A stretch of 64,000 nt of DNA from Chloroflexota bacterium (GCA_002719675.1 PBID01000006.1:22164-86163); one strand, 5' to 3'. Positions 26,289-37,348 are shown, numbered from the stretch's first letter. Notes: generated from the letters alone by a model not told the origin. Translations and numbers: made by a program.

Positions 26289-28340
26289 ATGTCTCAAGTT
26301 TTATTGGCTGTTATAGCTGGAGTAGTAGCGCTTTTTACTGCTGGATTATTGTTTCTGAGGGTTCAAAGAAACCCTGTGGAAAATGATGTTGTAAACGACA
26401 TCGGTGATCTTATTAAAGAAGGTGCGATGGCCTTTTTAAGAAGAGAGTATACAATCCTTTCAATTTTCGTTTTGACAATATTTGTCATATTGATACTATT
26501 CATTGATTTGGATGTTTTTGGTCTGATTGGAGAAAGTCAGGGTAACATTAATATGTCTATCTCTTATCTTGTAGGTGCTATAGGTTCTGCTCTCGCAGGA
26601 TTTATAGGTATGTCAACTGCGGTTAGAGGAAACACACGAACAGCAAATGCAGCAGAATCCAGTCTTAATAAAGCCTTAAGTGTTGCTTTTTCTACGGGTG
26701 CTGTTATGGGATTTGTAGTTGTAGGAATAGGTCTTGTTGGAGTAGCTGTACTTTATTATTTATTTGAAAGTCCAACAGTAATTGCTGGTTTTGGATTCGG
26801 GGCAAGTTCTATAGCTCTGTTTGCCAGAGTTGGTGGAGGAATTTTTACAAAAGCAGCTGACGTAGGAGCAGACTTAGTTGGCAAGGTAGAAGCTGGCCTT
26901 CCTGAAGATGATCCTAGAAATCCTGCAGTAATAGCTGACAATGTTGGAGACAATGTTGGTGATGTTGCAGGAATGGGCGCAGATCTTTTTGAATCTTATG
27001 CAGGGTCTATTATTGCTACGATTGCACTGGCTGTTGTAGCTACTAAAAGCATAACTAGTGATCTTGTGATTCTTCCGTTAATAATTGCAAGTATAGGTAT
27101 AGTGGCATCAATATTAGGAACTTTCTTAATCAGGACCAAAGACGGAGCAACAATGAGTGATTTGCTTTGGACACTAAGATATGGAATTTTTGGTGCTGGT
27201 ATTTTGACTCTTATAGGTAGTGGTGTATATATATCTGTAAATGAGATTGATTTTAATTTATTCTGGGTAATAGTTGTAGGAATAGTTGTAGGTATTGTTA
27301 TAGGTACAGCAACTGAATACTTTACATCGTATGAATACGCTCCAGTTAAATGGATTGCTTCTCAATCTGAAACTGGCCATCCTTCAACAATTATTGCTGG
27401 AATAGCTGTTGGCTTATATTCTACTATTATACCCACAATTGCGATTGTCGTTGGTATAATACTTTCTTTTGTGTTAGCAGGAGGTTCAGCAGAAACACCA
27501 GTAATTGGTTTATATGGTATAGGATTAGCTGCTGTTGGAATGTTATCAACTCTTGGAATCACACTTTCAACAGATGCATATGGACCTGTTGCAGATAATG
27601 CCGGTGGAATTGCCGAACAAGCTGGTCTTGATCCTAAAGTTCGTGAAAGGACAGATGCATTAGATGCTCTTGGTAATACTACTGCAGCTACTGGTAAAGG
27701 CTTTGCTATAGGATCAGCTGTTTTGACAGCTCTGGCCTTGATGGCAACTTATGGAACTGTAGCTGAAATTAGTTCTTTTAACATTATGGATCCTAAGGTA
27801 CTTGTAGGAACAATCATTGGTGGATTATTGCCTTTTGTTTTTGCAGGATTAACTATGCAGGCAGTAGGTACTGCAGCTTCAGCAATGATAGATGAAGTCA
27901 GGAGGCAATTTAGAGAAATTCCTGGTCTAAAGGAAGGTAAAAAAGGCGTTAAGCCGGATGCTGCAAAAGCTGTTGAAATATCAACAACTGGTTCATTAAA
28001 AGCTATGATTGCACCAGGACTTTTAGCTGTAATTGTTCCAATAGTTGTTGGTTTATTACCATTCTTAGGTCCTGAAGCTTTAGGTGGTCTTTTGGTAGGA
28101 TCAATTGTTTCAGGATTTCTTCTAGCTATTTTTATGGCAAACTCAGGTGGTGCGTGGGATAACGCAAAGAAATATATTGAATTAGGTAATCATGGTGGAA
28201 AAGGTTCAGATGCTCACGCAGCAGCAGTTACAGGTGATACTGTAGGAGATCCTTTCAAAGATACTTCAGGTCCAGCTATAAATATTCTTATGAAATTAAT
28301 GGCGATTGTTTCTATTATATTTGGACCATTGTTTTTATAA
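26289..28340 (+). CDS. hppA: Membrane-bound ion-translocating pyrophosphatase (K+-dependent subfamily signature)
   Basis: [45 protein letters not shown] (Ala rather than Lys in GNTTAA, as in K+-dependent H+/Na+ PPases), [13 protein letters not shown]. Confidence 0.95.
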   Translation: MSQVLLAVIAGVVALFTAGLLFLRVQRNPVENDVVNDIGDLIKEGAMAFLRREYTILSIFVLTIFVILILFIDLDVFGLIGESQGNINMSISYLVGAIGSALAGFIGMSTAVRGNTRTANAAESSLNKALSVAFSTGAVMGFVVVGIGLVGVAVLYYLFESPTVIAGFGFGASSIALFARVGGGIFTKAADVGADLVGKVEAGLPEDDPRNPAVIADNVGDNVGDVAGMGADLFESYAGSIIATIALAVVATKSITSDLVILPLIIASIGIVASILGTFLIRTKDGATMSDLLWTLRYGIFGAGILTLIGSGVYISVNEIDFNLFWVIVVGIVVGIVIGTATEYFTSYEYAPVKWIASQSETGHPSTIIAGIAVGLYSTIIPTIAIVVGIILSFVLAGGSAETPVIGLYGIGLAAVGMLSTLGITLSTDAYGPVADNAGGIAEQAGLDPKVRERTDALDALGNTTAATGKGFAIGSAVLTALALMATYGTVAEISSFNIMDPKVLVGTIIGGLLPFVFAGLTMQAVGTAASAMIDEVRRQFREIPGLKEGKKGVKPDAAKAVEISTTGSLKAMIAPGLLAVIVPIVVGLLPFLGPEALGGLLVGSIVSGFLLAIFMANSGGAWDNAKKYIELGNHGGKGSDAHAAAVTGDTVGDPFKDTSGPAINILMKLMAIVSIIFGPLFL

Positions 28341-29240
28341 TTTGTTGTTGCTTTTTTCAGTTGCAAAGCCTATAAGTTTGTATATTAGCTTTGCAGCTGT
28401 GAAAGAACATGATTCTGGACCTTCGTTTGGACTGAGTTCAGTTACGTCAAATCCAATGATTGAATGATGTTGCGCTGTCTGTTTAATAATTGAATTGATT
28501 TCTTCCCAGTTTATTCCGCCAGGTACTGGGTTTCCAACTGCTGACATAATTGATGGGTCTAGTACATCTAAGTCTATGCTTATGTATACTTGATTAGAAA
28601 GTTGGCTTAGGGCAGAATCAATGTCTTCTTGTAAATTATTCTTGGTACGATCCCAATAATATATTTCATTTTCAGATTTTGATTTTGAGATAAAATTAAC
28701 TTCTTCTGAACTAATACTTCTAACACCTAATTGGACTACTTTGCATATAGATTTCAATCTTCTTGCAACTGAAGCATGCCCCCATTTGGTTCCCATATAT
28801 GTATCTCTTAAATCTGCGTGAGCATCTAAATAAAGTATAGATAAATCAGGGAATCTTTTAATTGCGGATTTGACAGATCCTATCGTTACAGAATGATCTC
28901 CACCTATGATTCCAGTAATTTGATTTTTCAATTTTAAATTATCAATTGTTGTTTCAATTTTCAGTAACATTTCTTTTGGGTCGCTGGCAAGTGGAGAAAT
29001 TTCTGGAGTAGTAAAAATTCCTGTTTCTGTGATATCTTTTTCCATTTCTATATCATAATTTTCAAGTTCTACGGAGGAATTGATTATTGCATTTGGTCCA
29101 TATTTTGCACCTGGTTTATAGGATGCAGTTCCGTCATATCCAATTGGAATAATTACAACTGAACAGCTTGAAAAATCTTTTTCATCATTTTGTAAATCAA
29201 GGAAAGTATTCCATTTAAAATTTTTTTGATGAAATTTCAT
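28335..29240 (-). CDS. speB: Agmatinase / ureohydrolase (arginase family)
   Basis: Mn-binding motifs [23 protein letters not shown]. The start overlaps the speH-like stop (ATGA). Confidence 0.88.
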   Translation of the reverse strand: MKFHQKNFKWNTFLDLQNDEKDFSSCSVVIIPIGYDGTASYKPGAKYGPNAIINSSVELENYDIEMEKDITETGIFTTPEISPLASDPKEMLLKIETTIDNLKLKNQITGIIGGDHSVTIGSVKSAIKRFPDLSILYLDAHADLRDTYMGTKWGHASVARRLKSICKVVQLGVRSISSEEVNFISKSKSENEIYYWDRTKNNLQEDIDSALSQLSNQVYISIDLDVLDPSIMSAVGNPVPGGINWEEINSIIKQTAQHHSIIGFDVTELSPNEGPESCSFTAAKLIYKLIGFATEKSNNKL

Positions 29241-29647
29241 TCAGGTGTATTTCTTAATTCTTTTAAGGGTTTAAAATTATTAAATTCTTTTGGCGGAGTA
29301 TTATCAACTCCACGGTCTATTGTCCAGGATTTAACTTTTTCTAATTTGAAATATGATTTTACTTGAGATATTGTTTTTTCTACATTAAAATTTTTGCAAG
29401 AAAATACATCAATATTAATATATTTTCTTTCTGGGAAAGTATGAACGCTGATATGACTTTCAGCTATTATTACGAAACCGGATATTCCCCAATCCTGGCT
29501 ATTTGTTCCCTCATATCTGTTTACCTGCGGTTTCATTAATTTAGCCATGCCGATTTTATTGGGAAGTTCTTCTAAGAATTTAGATATCAGACTTTGGTTT
29601 TGTAAAATTTCAGGATTTCCGTCATGTCCGTCAATTAATAAATGCAA
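29237..29647 (-). CDS. speH: Pyruvoyl-dependent S-adenosylmethionine decarboxylase-family proenzyme (SpeH/class 1)
   Basis: Self-cleavage motif IIAESHISVHTFPE and downstream INIDVFSC. TTG start. Confidence 0.8.
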   Translation of the reverse strand: MHLLIDGHDGNPEILQNQSLISKFLEELPNKIGMAKLMKPQVNRYEGTNSQDWGISGFVIIAESHISVHTFPERKYINIDVFSCKNFNVEKTISQVKSYFKLEKVKSWTIDRGVDNTPPKEFNNFKPLKELRNTPE

Positions 29648-29751
29648 TGATTAATCCTTTGAATTCTGATTGATTTACTGATTTAAATCGAACTATTTTA
29701 TATAATATTATTGAGATAAATTCAAAACTTTTTTATTTAAGATGGTAACCA

Positions 29752-30819
29752 TTGTTTTATTTTTTCACGAAACTAATAAATAAAGCTAGACGAGACAAGA
29801 AGTTTGGCCTTCTTTTTGTTTTGATGGTTTTACTTTTTGGAGTCATAGGAAATAGCATTTGTTTCTATGTTTTTGAAAGAGTTGTAGATCCTTCAATTAC
29901 TGTTTCTGATAGTTTATGGTACAGCGTGATTTCAATCACAACTATTGGTTATGGTGACTTTAACGCGACTCAACTTGGTTCCAGATTAGGCACTTTAATA
30001 TTCGTAGTTTTGATTAGTCTTACTGCTTTTACAACTACGGTGGGAATTATCGTAGATTGGACTACTGATTTAAGAGAAAGGGAGAGAAGAGGCATGACTA
30101 AAGTAAATTTAAGAAATCATTTGATAATAGTCAATTTTCCTGGAGAATCTAGAATTTTGCAAATAATTGCCGAATATTCTCTAGCTGATAATAACACATC
30201 AGAAATCGTAGTGATTTCTGATGAAATAGAGCAGTTGCCTTTTTCGATGGATAACGTAACTTTTATTCGGGGTTGGCCACTTGAAGAGGAAACTTTTGCA
30301 AGATGTAATATTTCCAAGGCATCTCAGGTCATGGTTTTAAGTCCGAATTATTTGGACCATAGAAGTGACAGCTTCGTTGCTTCTATAGCTTTTGTAATTC
30401 AGAATTTAAATCCTGAAATAAGGGTGGTAGCAGAATGCCTTGATCCTAAACATGAAACACTTTTTGGGAAATCAGAAAATCTCTCAATTGTTCATACCAT
30501 TCAAATGGCGAATAATTTACTTGTTCAAGAAGCTTCTGATCCTGGGGTTGCTCTTTTTACACATTCAATAACTAGTAATGAAATTTCAGCTAACCTCTTT
30601 TCTATACCTGTTCAGGAAGGTCTGCCTTCTGGAAAAACATATGGTGAAATCAGTAAAAAAATTGTGGGTTCAGGAGTTAATGTTTTAGGAATAATTAGAG
30701 AAGGAATTGTAATCTCAGAAATTGGAGATCTAAATCACTCTATTGGAGATATAATTGTTTATGTTTCTGAAAATAGAAAGTCTTGGTCGGAAATTTCTGA
30801 GAATGTCAGTAAATTTTAA
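29752..30819 (+). CDS. Potassium channel with C-terminal RCK/TrkA-N domain
   Basis: Selectivity filter ITTIGYGDF between two TM helices, followed by a Rossmann-like RCK domain (HLIIVNFPGESRI). TTG start; the frame opens at 29749. Confidence 0.85.
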   Translation: MFYFFTKLINKARRDKKFGLLFVLMVLLFGVIGNSICFYVFERVVDPSITVSDSLWYSVISITTIGYGDFNATQLGSRLGTLIFVVLISLTAFTTTVGIIVDWTTDLRERERRGMTKVNLRNHLIIVNFPGESRILQIIAEYSLADNNTSEIVVISDEIEQLPFSMDNVTFIRGWPLEEETFARCNISKASQVMVLSPNYLDHRSDSFVASIAFVIQNLNPEIRVVAECLDPKHETLFGKSENLSIVHTIQMANNLLVQEASDPGVALFTHSITSNEISANLFSIPVQEGLPSGKTYGEISKKIVGSGVNVLGIIREGIVISEIGDLNHSIGDIIVYVSENRKSWSEISENVSKF

Positions 30820-30825
30820 CTGAGA

Positions 30826-31020
30826 CTAAACTTCTTCAGCTACGTCTAGGTTTAACAAAAAAACGTTGCCCTGCCCGATTCCTTCAGTGATCTCAACTTC
30901 ATGAACGTATAGATCATGAACGTCAAGCAATGTGGTATTTCCTGTTGTTTTTACTGATATGCCACTAGGGGTTTTAAAGTTTTTATCGGCTTCAATACTG
31001 TCTATTTTAGCGTAGCTCAA
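30826..31020 (-). CDS. Hypothetical small protein (64 aa)
   Basis: TTG start 8 nt after a perfect AAGGAG. Acidic beta-rich sequence with no recognisable family. Confidence 0.45.
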   Translation of the reverse strand: MSYAKIDSIEADKNFKTPSGISVKTTGNTTLLDVHDLYVHEVEITEGIGQGNVFLLNLDVAEEV

Positions 31021-31140
31021 AGATGAAACTCCTTAATTAATAACTCTTAATATAATAACATATTCTCTGAAGTATAAACTAGAAATAATGATATGTTGAT
31101 TTATTGAAGAAATTGATATTCATATGGTACGCTTTGTATT

Positions 31141-32295
31141 ATGACTAAAGAACTAAAAGAACGAATAATTGTAGCAATGAGTGGAGGAGTTGATTCCTCA
31201 GTTGCAGCTTTACTACTTCATGAGGCAGGTTATGATGTAATCGGAGTTACTATGCGATTATGGAAGTCTACTCAAAAAACTAACAAGTTTAGTAAGCAAT
31301 GTTGCTCTGTCGACGATATCGAAGATGCACGTATGGTTTGCGATTCAATTGGTATACCCCATTATGTTTTTAATTTTGAAAATGAATTTCAGCAACATGT
31401 TGTTAATTATTTTTTAAGAGAGTATGACCGGGGACGCACTCCACATCCTTGTCTTGCATGTAATGACAGACTTAAGTTTGATTTTTTGCTTAAGAAAGCT
31501 ATTATGTTGGATGCAAAATATGTAGCTACAGGACATTATGCAAGAATTTTGAAAAGTGGTAGAGAATTCCAGTTATTAAAAGCTATTGATCATAAAAAAG
31601 ATCAGTCTTATGTTTTATTTAATTTAGGTCAAAAAGAGCTCAGTAAATTAATGTTCCCTGTTGGTCAATATAATAAAGCACAAATAAGGGAATTTGCTGA
31701 ACAATTTGATCTTGAAGTTGCTACAAAGCCAGATAGTCAGGAAATATGTTTTATTCCAGATGGTGATTATAAGAAGTTTATTGCTGACAGGAATAAACCT
31801 TCTCCTGGTTTATTGAAATCTGTTAATGGAGAAACACTAGGAACTCATCCAGGGATACAGTTTTTTACTATTGGCCAAAGAAGGGGCATAGGATTAAAAG
31901 GCGGAACTGGTTCACCTATGCATGTTATATCAATAGATAGCGAATCCAATGAAGTAGTAATTGGTCCAGAAGAATTTTTATATAAAGATAAACTTTTTGC
32001 TTCAAATATAAATTTGGTTTCTGGTAATTCTAGTTTGGAAAATGGGACAGAGGTTGAAGTAAAGATTCGATACAATTCACAACCTCAAGCTGCGACCATT
32101 AGTCTCTTGGAAGGTAATTATGCTGAAATTAATTTTTTGAAACCACAAAGAGCTATTACTCCAGGACAAGCTGTTGTATTTTATCAAGATGAAATTCTTA
32201 TAGGTGGAGGTTTCATAGAGTTGTCCTATGATTATAAGAGTGAAGGTAGTTTACCTGTGAGACCTGAGCCAAGGGTGAATCAAATTATTGGTTAA
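31141..32295 (+). CDS. mnmA: tRNA-specific 2-thiouridylase
   Basis: PP-loop VAMSGGVDSSV, catalytic Cys contexts (PHPCLACN, SQEICF), DQSYVL. Confidence 0.95.
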   Translation: MTKELKERIIVAMSGGVDSSVAALLLHEAGYDVIGVTMRLWKSTQKTNKFSKQCCSVDDIEDARMVCDSIGIPHYVFNFENEFQQHVVNYFLREYDRGRTPHPCLACNDRLKFDFLLKKAIMLDAKYVATGHYARILKSGREFQLLKAIDHKKDQSYVLFNLGQKELSKLMFPVGQYNKAQIREFAEQFDLEVATKPDSQEICFIPDGDYKKFIADRNKPSPGLLKSVNGETLGTHPGIQFFTIGQRRGIGLKGGTGSPMHVISIDSESNEVVIGPEEFLYKDKLFASNINLVSGNSSLENGTEVEVKIRYNSQPQAATISLLEGNYAEINFLKPQRAITPGQAVVFYQDEILIGGGFIELSYDYKSEGSLPVRPEPRVNQIIG

Positions 32296-32512
32296 TTTAT
32301 CTGGTACCCTCCCCGATTTCTTCAAAATTTTTGTGCTTTGGAGGTATAATCGAGGAGAGGTAAAACTTTATTAATTAATCCAATTAGTAATTAAGAATGC
32401 ACATGATATTATAGAACATATGTGCTTGTCAATAAAAATTAGATCACATGTGCTAATTTTATCAAGTATTTTGAAATTTGTTACAATAAATCCAATTAAG
32501 GAGAATTTATTC

Positions 32513-32995
32513 GTGTCAGTGTTACCTATAATTGAATATCCTGATCAGATTTTAAGAAAAACAGCTAAACCTGTTGTCAATTTTGATAAATCTTTAACCA
32601 ATCTTGTTGAAGATATGATTAACACATTACATGATTCTCAAGGTATTGGATTAGCTGCTAATCAAATTGGTGTTTTATTAAGAATAATAGTTTTACAAAT
32701 GCCAGATGAAAATGATCCCAGAGTATTTATTAATCCCGAAATTATAGATCATGATGGAAATAGAAAGGTTGTCGAGGGATGTTTAAGTGTTCCTGGATAC
32801 CATGGATATGTTTTTAGATCTCTATGGGTAAAAGCTGTTGGTTTAAATAATAAATCTGAATATACAAAATTATATGCAGATGGTTTGCTAGCGCAGGCTT
32901 TGGAACATGAAACAGATCATTTAAATGGGATAATGTATTTTGACCATCTTCGGAAGCATGAAGATCTTATCAAGAATCCATCAGAACAAAAATAA
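32513..32995 (+). CDS. def: Peptide deformylase
   Basis: GIGLAANQIG, EGCLSVPG, HETDHLNG. GTG 32513 lies 9 nt after AAGGAG and gives the typical N-terminus (VSVLPIIEYPDQILRK). The track ORF starts upstream at 32420. Confidence 0.93.
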   Translation: MSVLPIIEYPDQILRKTAKPVVNFDKSLTNLVEDMINTLHDSQGIGLAANQIGVLLRIIVLQMPDENDPRVFINPEIIDHDGNRKVVEGCLSVPGYHGYVFRSLWVKAVGLNNKSEYTKLYADGLLAQALEHETDHLNGIMYFDHLRKHEDLIKNPSEQK

Positions 32996-33027
32996 CCTTT
33001 TTAATCATATATTAATATTGAGTAATT

Positions 33028-34533
33028 ATGCAGAAATCAGTAATCCCTTCAATATTGCAAACAATTTCAAAATCAGCCAATTCAAAGGATATTAAGTGCT
33101 TTTTAGTGGGTGGCGCTGTTAGGGATATTTTGATGAATCGAAAAGTTTCAGATATTGATATTGTTGTTGATACAAATCCGTATAATTTTACTGATCATTT
33201 GGCTCAGATATTTGGTGGCACTCCCGTTGTTTTGGATGAGTCTAGAAGCAATATATGTAGATTGTCTGGAATAGAGAAATTACCCAATCAGCAGAGGAAC
33301 TTTTCAGAGAAAATTGATTTAGATATAAAAGAAATAGATCTTTCCATAAAAAATGATTTATTGAATAGAGATTTCACAGTGGATGCTATAGGTATTGATT
33401 TAAATACCTATGATCGAGAAATCAAGTTAATTGATTTTTCGGATGGGTATTCAGATTTGTTAAATAAGAAAATTCGAATGCTAAATGAGGATATCTTTTC
33501 TTCAGATCCTCTTAGGTTAATTAGGGCAATAAGATTATCTGCTGATTTAAATTTTAGGATTGACCATAGTACAGAAAACCAGATTAGAAAAGATTCAGGA
33601 CTTATAAAAAACGTTTCAGCAGAGCGAGTTCGTGATGAATTTATGAAGATTTTGTTAAATACAGAATCGAGAGATTATTTACGTCAACTGGATGAATTAA
33701 ATTTACTTGAAAAAATTTTTCCAGATCTATCAAAATTAAAAAATTTATCACAACCTGATGAACATTTTTGGGATGTTTTTGATCATTCTATAGAATCTGT
33801 CGGATATATTGATGAATTATTTTATGGATCGAAAGTAAAAATTGGTAAGCAATTTAGTAATATTGAGGGTATAATAGATGAATTAAGAAGTTATCGTGAA
33901 AGCGATAAACCTGATGATCAAAATAAATTTGTACTTTTAAAACTTGCTGCTCTTTTACATGATGTTGGAAAATACACCACAAGATCTGTTGATTTAAATG
34001 GTAGAATAAGATTTTTAGGTCATTCAGAAGCTGGAGCTAAGATTTCTGATTTAATTTTAACTAATTTAAGAATGCCTAAAAAGTCGATTAATTTGGTGAA
34101 TTCGTTAGTTGAAAATCATCTTAGACCTGGACAGCTGTCTTCTAAAAGGCAGCTCCCTACCAGCCGAGCTTTATATCGATATTACAGAGATTTGGAAGGA
34201 AACTCTATTCCTTTAATAATTTTGTACATGGCTGATGTTTTAGCTGCAGCTGGACCCAAGCTTTCGACAATCGAATGGAGCAATACCTTGAGGTATGTAA
34301 ACCATATAATTGGTTATCATACAGCAGTTTCTGAGCAAAACAGGTTCAATACATTATTAACTGGACATGAAATAATGAGTACTTTTGGTCTTAAATCAGG
34401 TAAAATAATAGGTGATTTATTAGAAAAAATTAATGAAAGCCAAGCTTTAGGACAATTACGATCTAAACAAGATGCTTTAGATATGGTTTCTTGCTTGCTT
34501 TCTTCAGGAGAAGATTTTGCGAAGGAATATTAG
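33028..34533 (+). CDS. cca: CCA-adding enzyme / tRNA nucleotidyltransferase with HD domain
   Basis: VGGAVRD, DIDIVV, RDFTVDA, RLIRAIR, HD motif LLHDVGK. Confidence 0.85.
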   Translation: MQKSVIPSILQTISKSANSKDIKCFLVGGAVRDILMNRKVSDIDIVVDTNPYNFTDHLAQIFGGTPVVLDESRSNICRLSGIEKLPNQQRNFSEKIDLDIKEIDLSIKNDLLNRDFTVDAIGIDLNTYDREIKLIDFSDGYSDLLNKKIRMLNEDIFSSDPLRLIRAIRLSADLNFRIDHSTENQIRKDSGLIKNVSAERVRDEFMKILLNTESRDYLRQLDELNLLEKIFPDLSKLKNLSQPDEHFWDVFDHSIESVGYIDELFYGSKVKIGKQFSNIEGIIDELRSYRESDKPDDQNKFVLLKLAALLHDVGKYTTRSVDLNGRIRFLGHSEAGAKISDLILTNLRMPKKSINLVNSLVENHLRPGQLSSKRQLPTSRALYRYYRDLEGNSIPLIILYMADVLAAAGPKLSTIEWSNTLRYVNHIIGYHTAVSEQNRFNTLLTGHEIMSTFGLKSGKIIGDLLEKINESQALGQLRSKQDALDMVSCLLSSGEDFAKEY

Positions 34534-36409
34534 ATCTATAGTAGTAGTATTTTTGCTTGCTACATTTTCATTTTTAGTTTTGGGATTTCAGCAAATAAAT
34601 TTATCCAGTTTCCAAAGAGGTAATTCAGATACTCCTTTTGGATTAGAATTGGGTTTGGATTTGCAAGGGGGTACCCATCTAGTCTATCAGGCAGATATTC
34701 GTGATGAAAACGGTCAGAGTGTTCCGCCTAATTCGGATCAAATGCAGTCTTTGAAAATGACTATCGAACGTAGAGTGAATTCTTCTGGTTTAGGAGAACC
34801 AATTATCCAGCTGTTGGGAGAGAATAGGTTGTTAGTGCAGTTACCTGGTGTTAAAGATCCTGATAGAGCTAAATCAATCATAGGTGAAACTGCTCAGTTA
34901 ATGTTTCTACATAGAAAGGTGAATTTTCAGGAAGAAATCCCTGATTTTAATGCCTCTGATATAGTTAAATTTTCTCTAGCAGCCTTGAAGTCTCCCGAAG
35001 AAGGTGAAACACTTTCTAAAAAACCAGAGCAAGATGAAGGTGTATTTGATCCTTACTCGTTAAACGTTGTAGAAAAAAATCAAGTTTTATATATTCCTGA
35101 AGATAATCAGCAAGCTGCTGCTGAATTTGTCCAAGAAAATAAATCTTTAATTCCAGTTTTAGCTATTGAAATTAATGAACCATCTGCTCAAGTTTTTGAA
35201 GCTATTGTTACACAGTTAAGAGTGAGCATGTTGCCTTTACAAGGGACTAATAAATTTTATCCAGATGCTTTACAGATAGAGCTTACTGGAGATCTAACTG
35301 AGAATATGATTCTTACTTATCATCCACTTGTTCCAAGTGGAGGAGGATTGATTCCTATTACAACAAATGTGAATTTTTATAAGTTAGAAGATGAAAGTAA
35401 TATTTATTTTATTAATATAAGAGAATCTTATGAGACTTATCAAAATGCTTATGAAAAATTAAATTCTATGGATTCAATTGTGTTTACCAAGCGTGTTGGT
35501 AAACGTGATGAACCCATTGGTCTAACAGGAGATGATTTAGATCGTGCATATGCCGGTCAGAAAGCTGGAGTAGGAACTCCTATAATTAATATTGAATTTA
35601 ATCAAGAAGGTACAAAAAAGTTTGCTGAATTAACTACTGAAATTGCAGGTACTACGGATGAATTAGCTATCATTTTAGATGGTAATCAGCTTATTTCTCC
35701 CGTAGTTAGGCAACCCATTTTAGGTGGTTCAGCTTATATAGATGGATATGATTTTACTGTTCAGAGAGTTAGAGATATTTCTTTGTTATTAGAATCTGGA
35801 AGGTTACCTGTTCCAATTAAATTAATTACTGAAAGAGCTATAGATGCTACTCTTGGAATAGATTCTTTGTCTAAGAGTGCTTCAGCGGGATTGCTTGGTA
35901 TATTGTTAGTTTTATTATTTATGATAATGTATTATCGTATTCCAGGATTTATAGCTGCTTTGGCTTTAATTTTGTATTCTGTAATGCTGCTGTCCATATT
36001 TAAATTATTGCCAGTTACTTTGACTCTTTCAGGAGTTGCAGCTGGGATTTTGTCTATTGGTATGGCTGTAGATGCAAATATATTGATTTTTGAAAGAATG
36101 AAAGAAGAATTAAAGCTTGGCAGGACTTTACTTACTTCTATAAATATTGGTTTTTCTCGCGCTTGGCCTGCTATCAGAGACGGTAATGTATCTACTCTGA
36201 TTACTTGTTTAATATTATATTGGTTTGCTGATACTTTAGGCGCAACTATTGTGAAAGGTTTTGCTGTTACCTTAGCTATTGGCGTATGTGTTAGTTTATT
36301 CTCAGCTTTAACAGTTAGTCGAACCTTATTAAGAATAATTTCTCATACTTCTTTGGGTTCAAAATTAAGATTTTATACCCCAGCTGGAAAATCTGGTTTG
36401 TTAAATTAA
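34517..36409 (+). CDS. secD: Protein translocase subunit SecD (with enlarged periplasmic domain)
   Basis: LGLDLQGGTHLVYQ, C-terminal TM bundle with GMAVDANILIFERMKEE. TTG start overlapping the end of cca. Confidence 0.92.
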   Translation: MRRNIRSIVVVFLLATFSFLVLGFQQINLSSFQRGNSDTPFGLELGLDLQGGTHLVYQADIRDENGQSVPPNSDQMQSLKMTIERRVNSSGLGEPIIQLLGENRLLVQLPGVKDPDRAKSIIGETAQLMFLHRKVNFQEEIPDFNASDIVKFSLAALKSPEEGETLSKKPEQDEGVFDPYSLNVVEKNQVLYIPEDNQQAAAEFVQENKSLIPVLAIEINEPSAQVFEAIVTQLRVSMLPLQGTNKFYPDALQIELTGDLTENMILTYHPLVPSGGGLIPITTNVNFYKLEDESNIYFINIRESYETYQNAYEKLNSMDSIVFTKRVGKRDEPIGLTGDDLDRAYAGQKAGVGTPIINIEFNQEGTKKFAELTTEIAGTTDELAIILDGNQLISPVVRQPILGGSAYIDGYDFTVQRVRDISLLLESGRLPVPIKLITERAIDATLGIDSLSKSASAGLLGILLVLLFMIMYYRIPGFIAALALILYSVMLLSIFKLLPVTLTLSGVAAGILSIGMAVDANILIFERMKEELKLGRTLLTSINIGFSRAWPAIRDGNVSTLITCLILYWFADTLGATIVKGFAVTLAIGVCVSLFSALTVSRTLLRIISHTSLGSKLRFYTPAGKSGLLN

Positions 36410-36439
36410 ATGATAAAATTATTGTATATGGAGGAATAG

Positions 36440-37348
36440 TTGGATTTTGTAGGTAAAAGAATTTGGTTTTTTATTTTTTCATTAATTGTGATTTCAATTG
36501 GTGTTGTTTTTTTAATAATTTCTCCTGGTCTGAAGCCTGGAATAGATTTTACAGGTGGTTCAACTTTGAGGCTAAGCTTTGAAAATGATGTCACCCAAAG
36601 TCAAATTAGAACAAAATTAACTGAGCTTGGACATGATGGTGCAATAGTACAAAAGATGACTTCTGGACAAGAAGGAGATTATTTTATCAGAGTAGGAGAA
36701 CTTCAATTACCTGAAAAAAAATCATTGTTAAGTTCTTTACAGGACTCTTTGTCGCCAGATGGAATTAACGAATTATCATTTGATTTAGTTTCTCCTATTG
36801 TAGCTTCAGAGACAGTATTGAATGCTTTCTATGCTGTTTTGGCGGCTGTAATTGGGATTTTTCTATATATCTGGTGGGCATTTAGAAATATGCCTAGTCC
36901 ATTAAAATATGGTTTCGCAGCAGTTATTGCCTTAGCACATGATAGTTTCATAGTAATCGGAATGTTTTCAATGCTGGGTTATTTATTTGATATTGAAGTA
37001 AATGCTATGTTTTTGATTGCCTTGCTTACTGTAGTTGGTTATAGCGTGAATGATACTATTGTTGTATTTGACAGAGTTAGAGAAAATATAACTCTTTATC
37101 CTGCCAGATCTTTAAGAGATAATGCTAATTCTGCAATAGCAGAAAGTTTAGGAAGATCTTTAAATACTAGCTTAACTTTATTATTTACATTGCTAGCTTT
37201 AATGATTTTTGGAGGAGATACTATTAAGGAATTTTTATGGGTCCTATTAATAGGTGTTATTGTAGGTACGTATAGTTCTTTGGCAATTGCTGCTCCTGCG
37301 CTGTTTTCATGGGAAAATAGAGACTTATCTAAACTATTCAATAAATAA
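36440..37348 (+). CDS. secF: Protein translocase subunit SecF
   Basis: GIDFTGGSTL, HDSFIVIG, GYSVNDTIVVFDRVREN. TTG start after GGAGGA. Confidence 0.93.
   Translation: MDFVGKRIWFFIFSLIVISIGVVFLIISPGLKPGIDFTGGSTLRLSFENDVTQSQIRTKLTELGHDGAIVQKMTSGQEGDYFIRVGELQLPEKKSLLSSLQDSLSPDGINELSFDLVSPIVASETVLNAFYAVLAAVIGIFLYIWWAFRNMPSPLKYGFAAVIALAHDSFIVIGMFSMLGYLFDIEVNAMFLIALLTVVGYSVNDTIVVFDRVRENITLYPARSLRDNANSAIAESLGRSLNTSLTLLFTLLALMIFGGDTIKEFLWVLLIGVIVGTYSSLAIAAPALFSWENRDLSKLFNK

Noticed and set aside
29742-29775. A possible frameshift at the K+ channel start: an out-of-frame ATG at 29742 would join the frame if the T6 run were T5
   Set aside because: The in-frame TTG at 29752 gives a complete N-terminus before TM1, and TTG starts are common here. 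Neither candidate has an SD, so there is no positive evidence for an indel.
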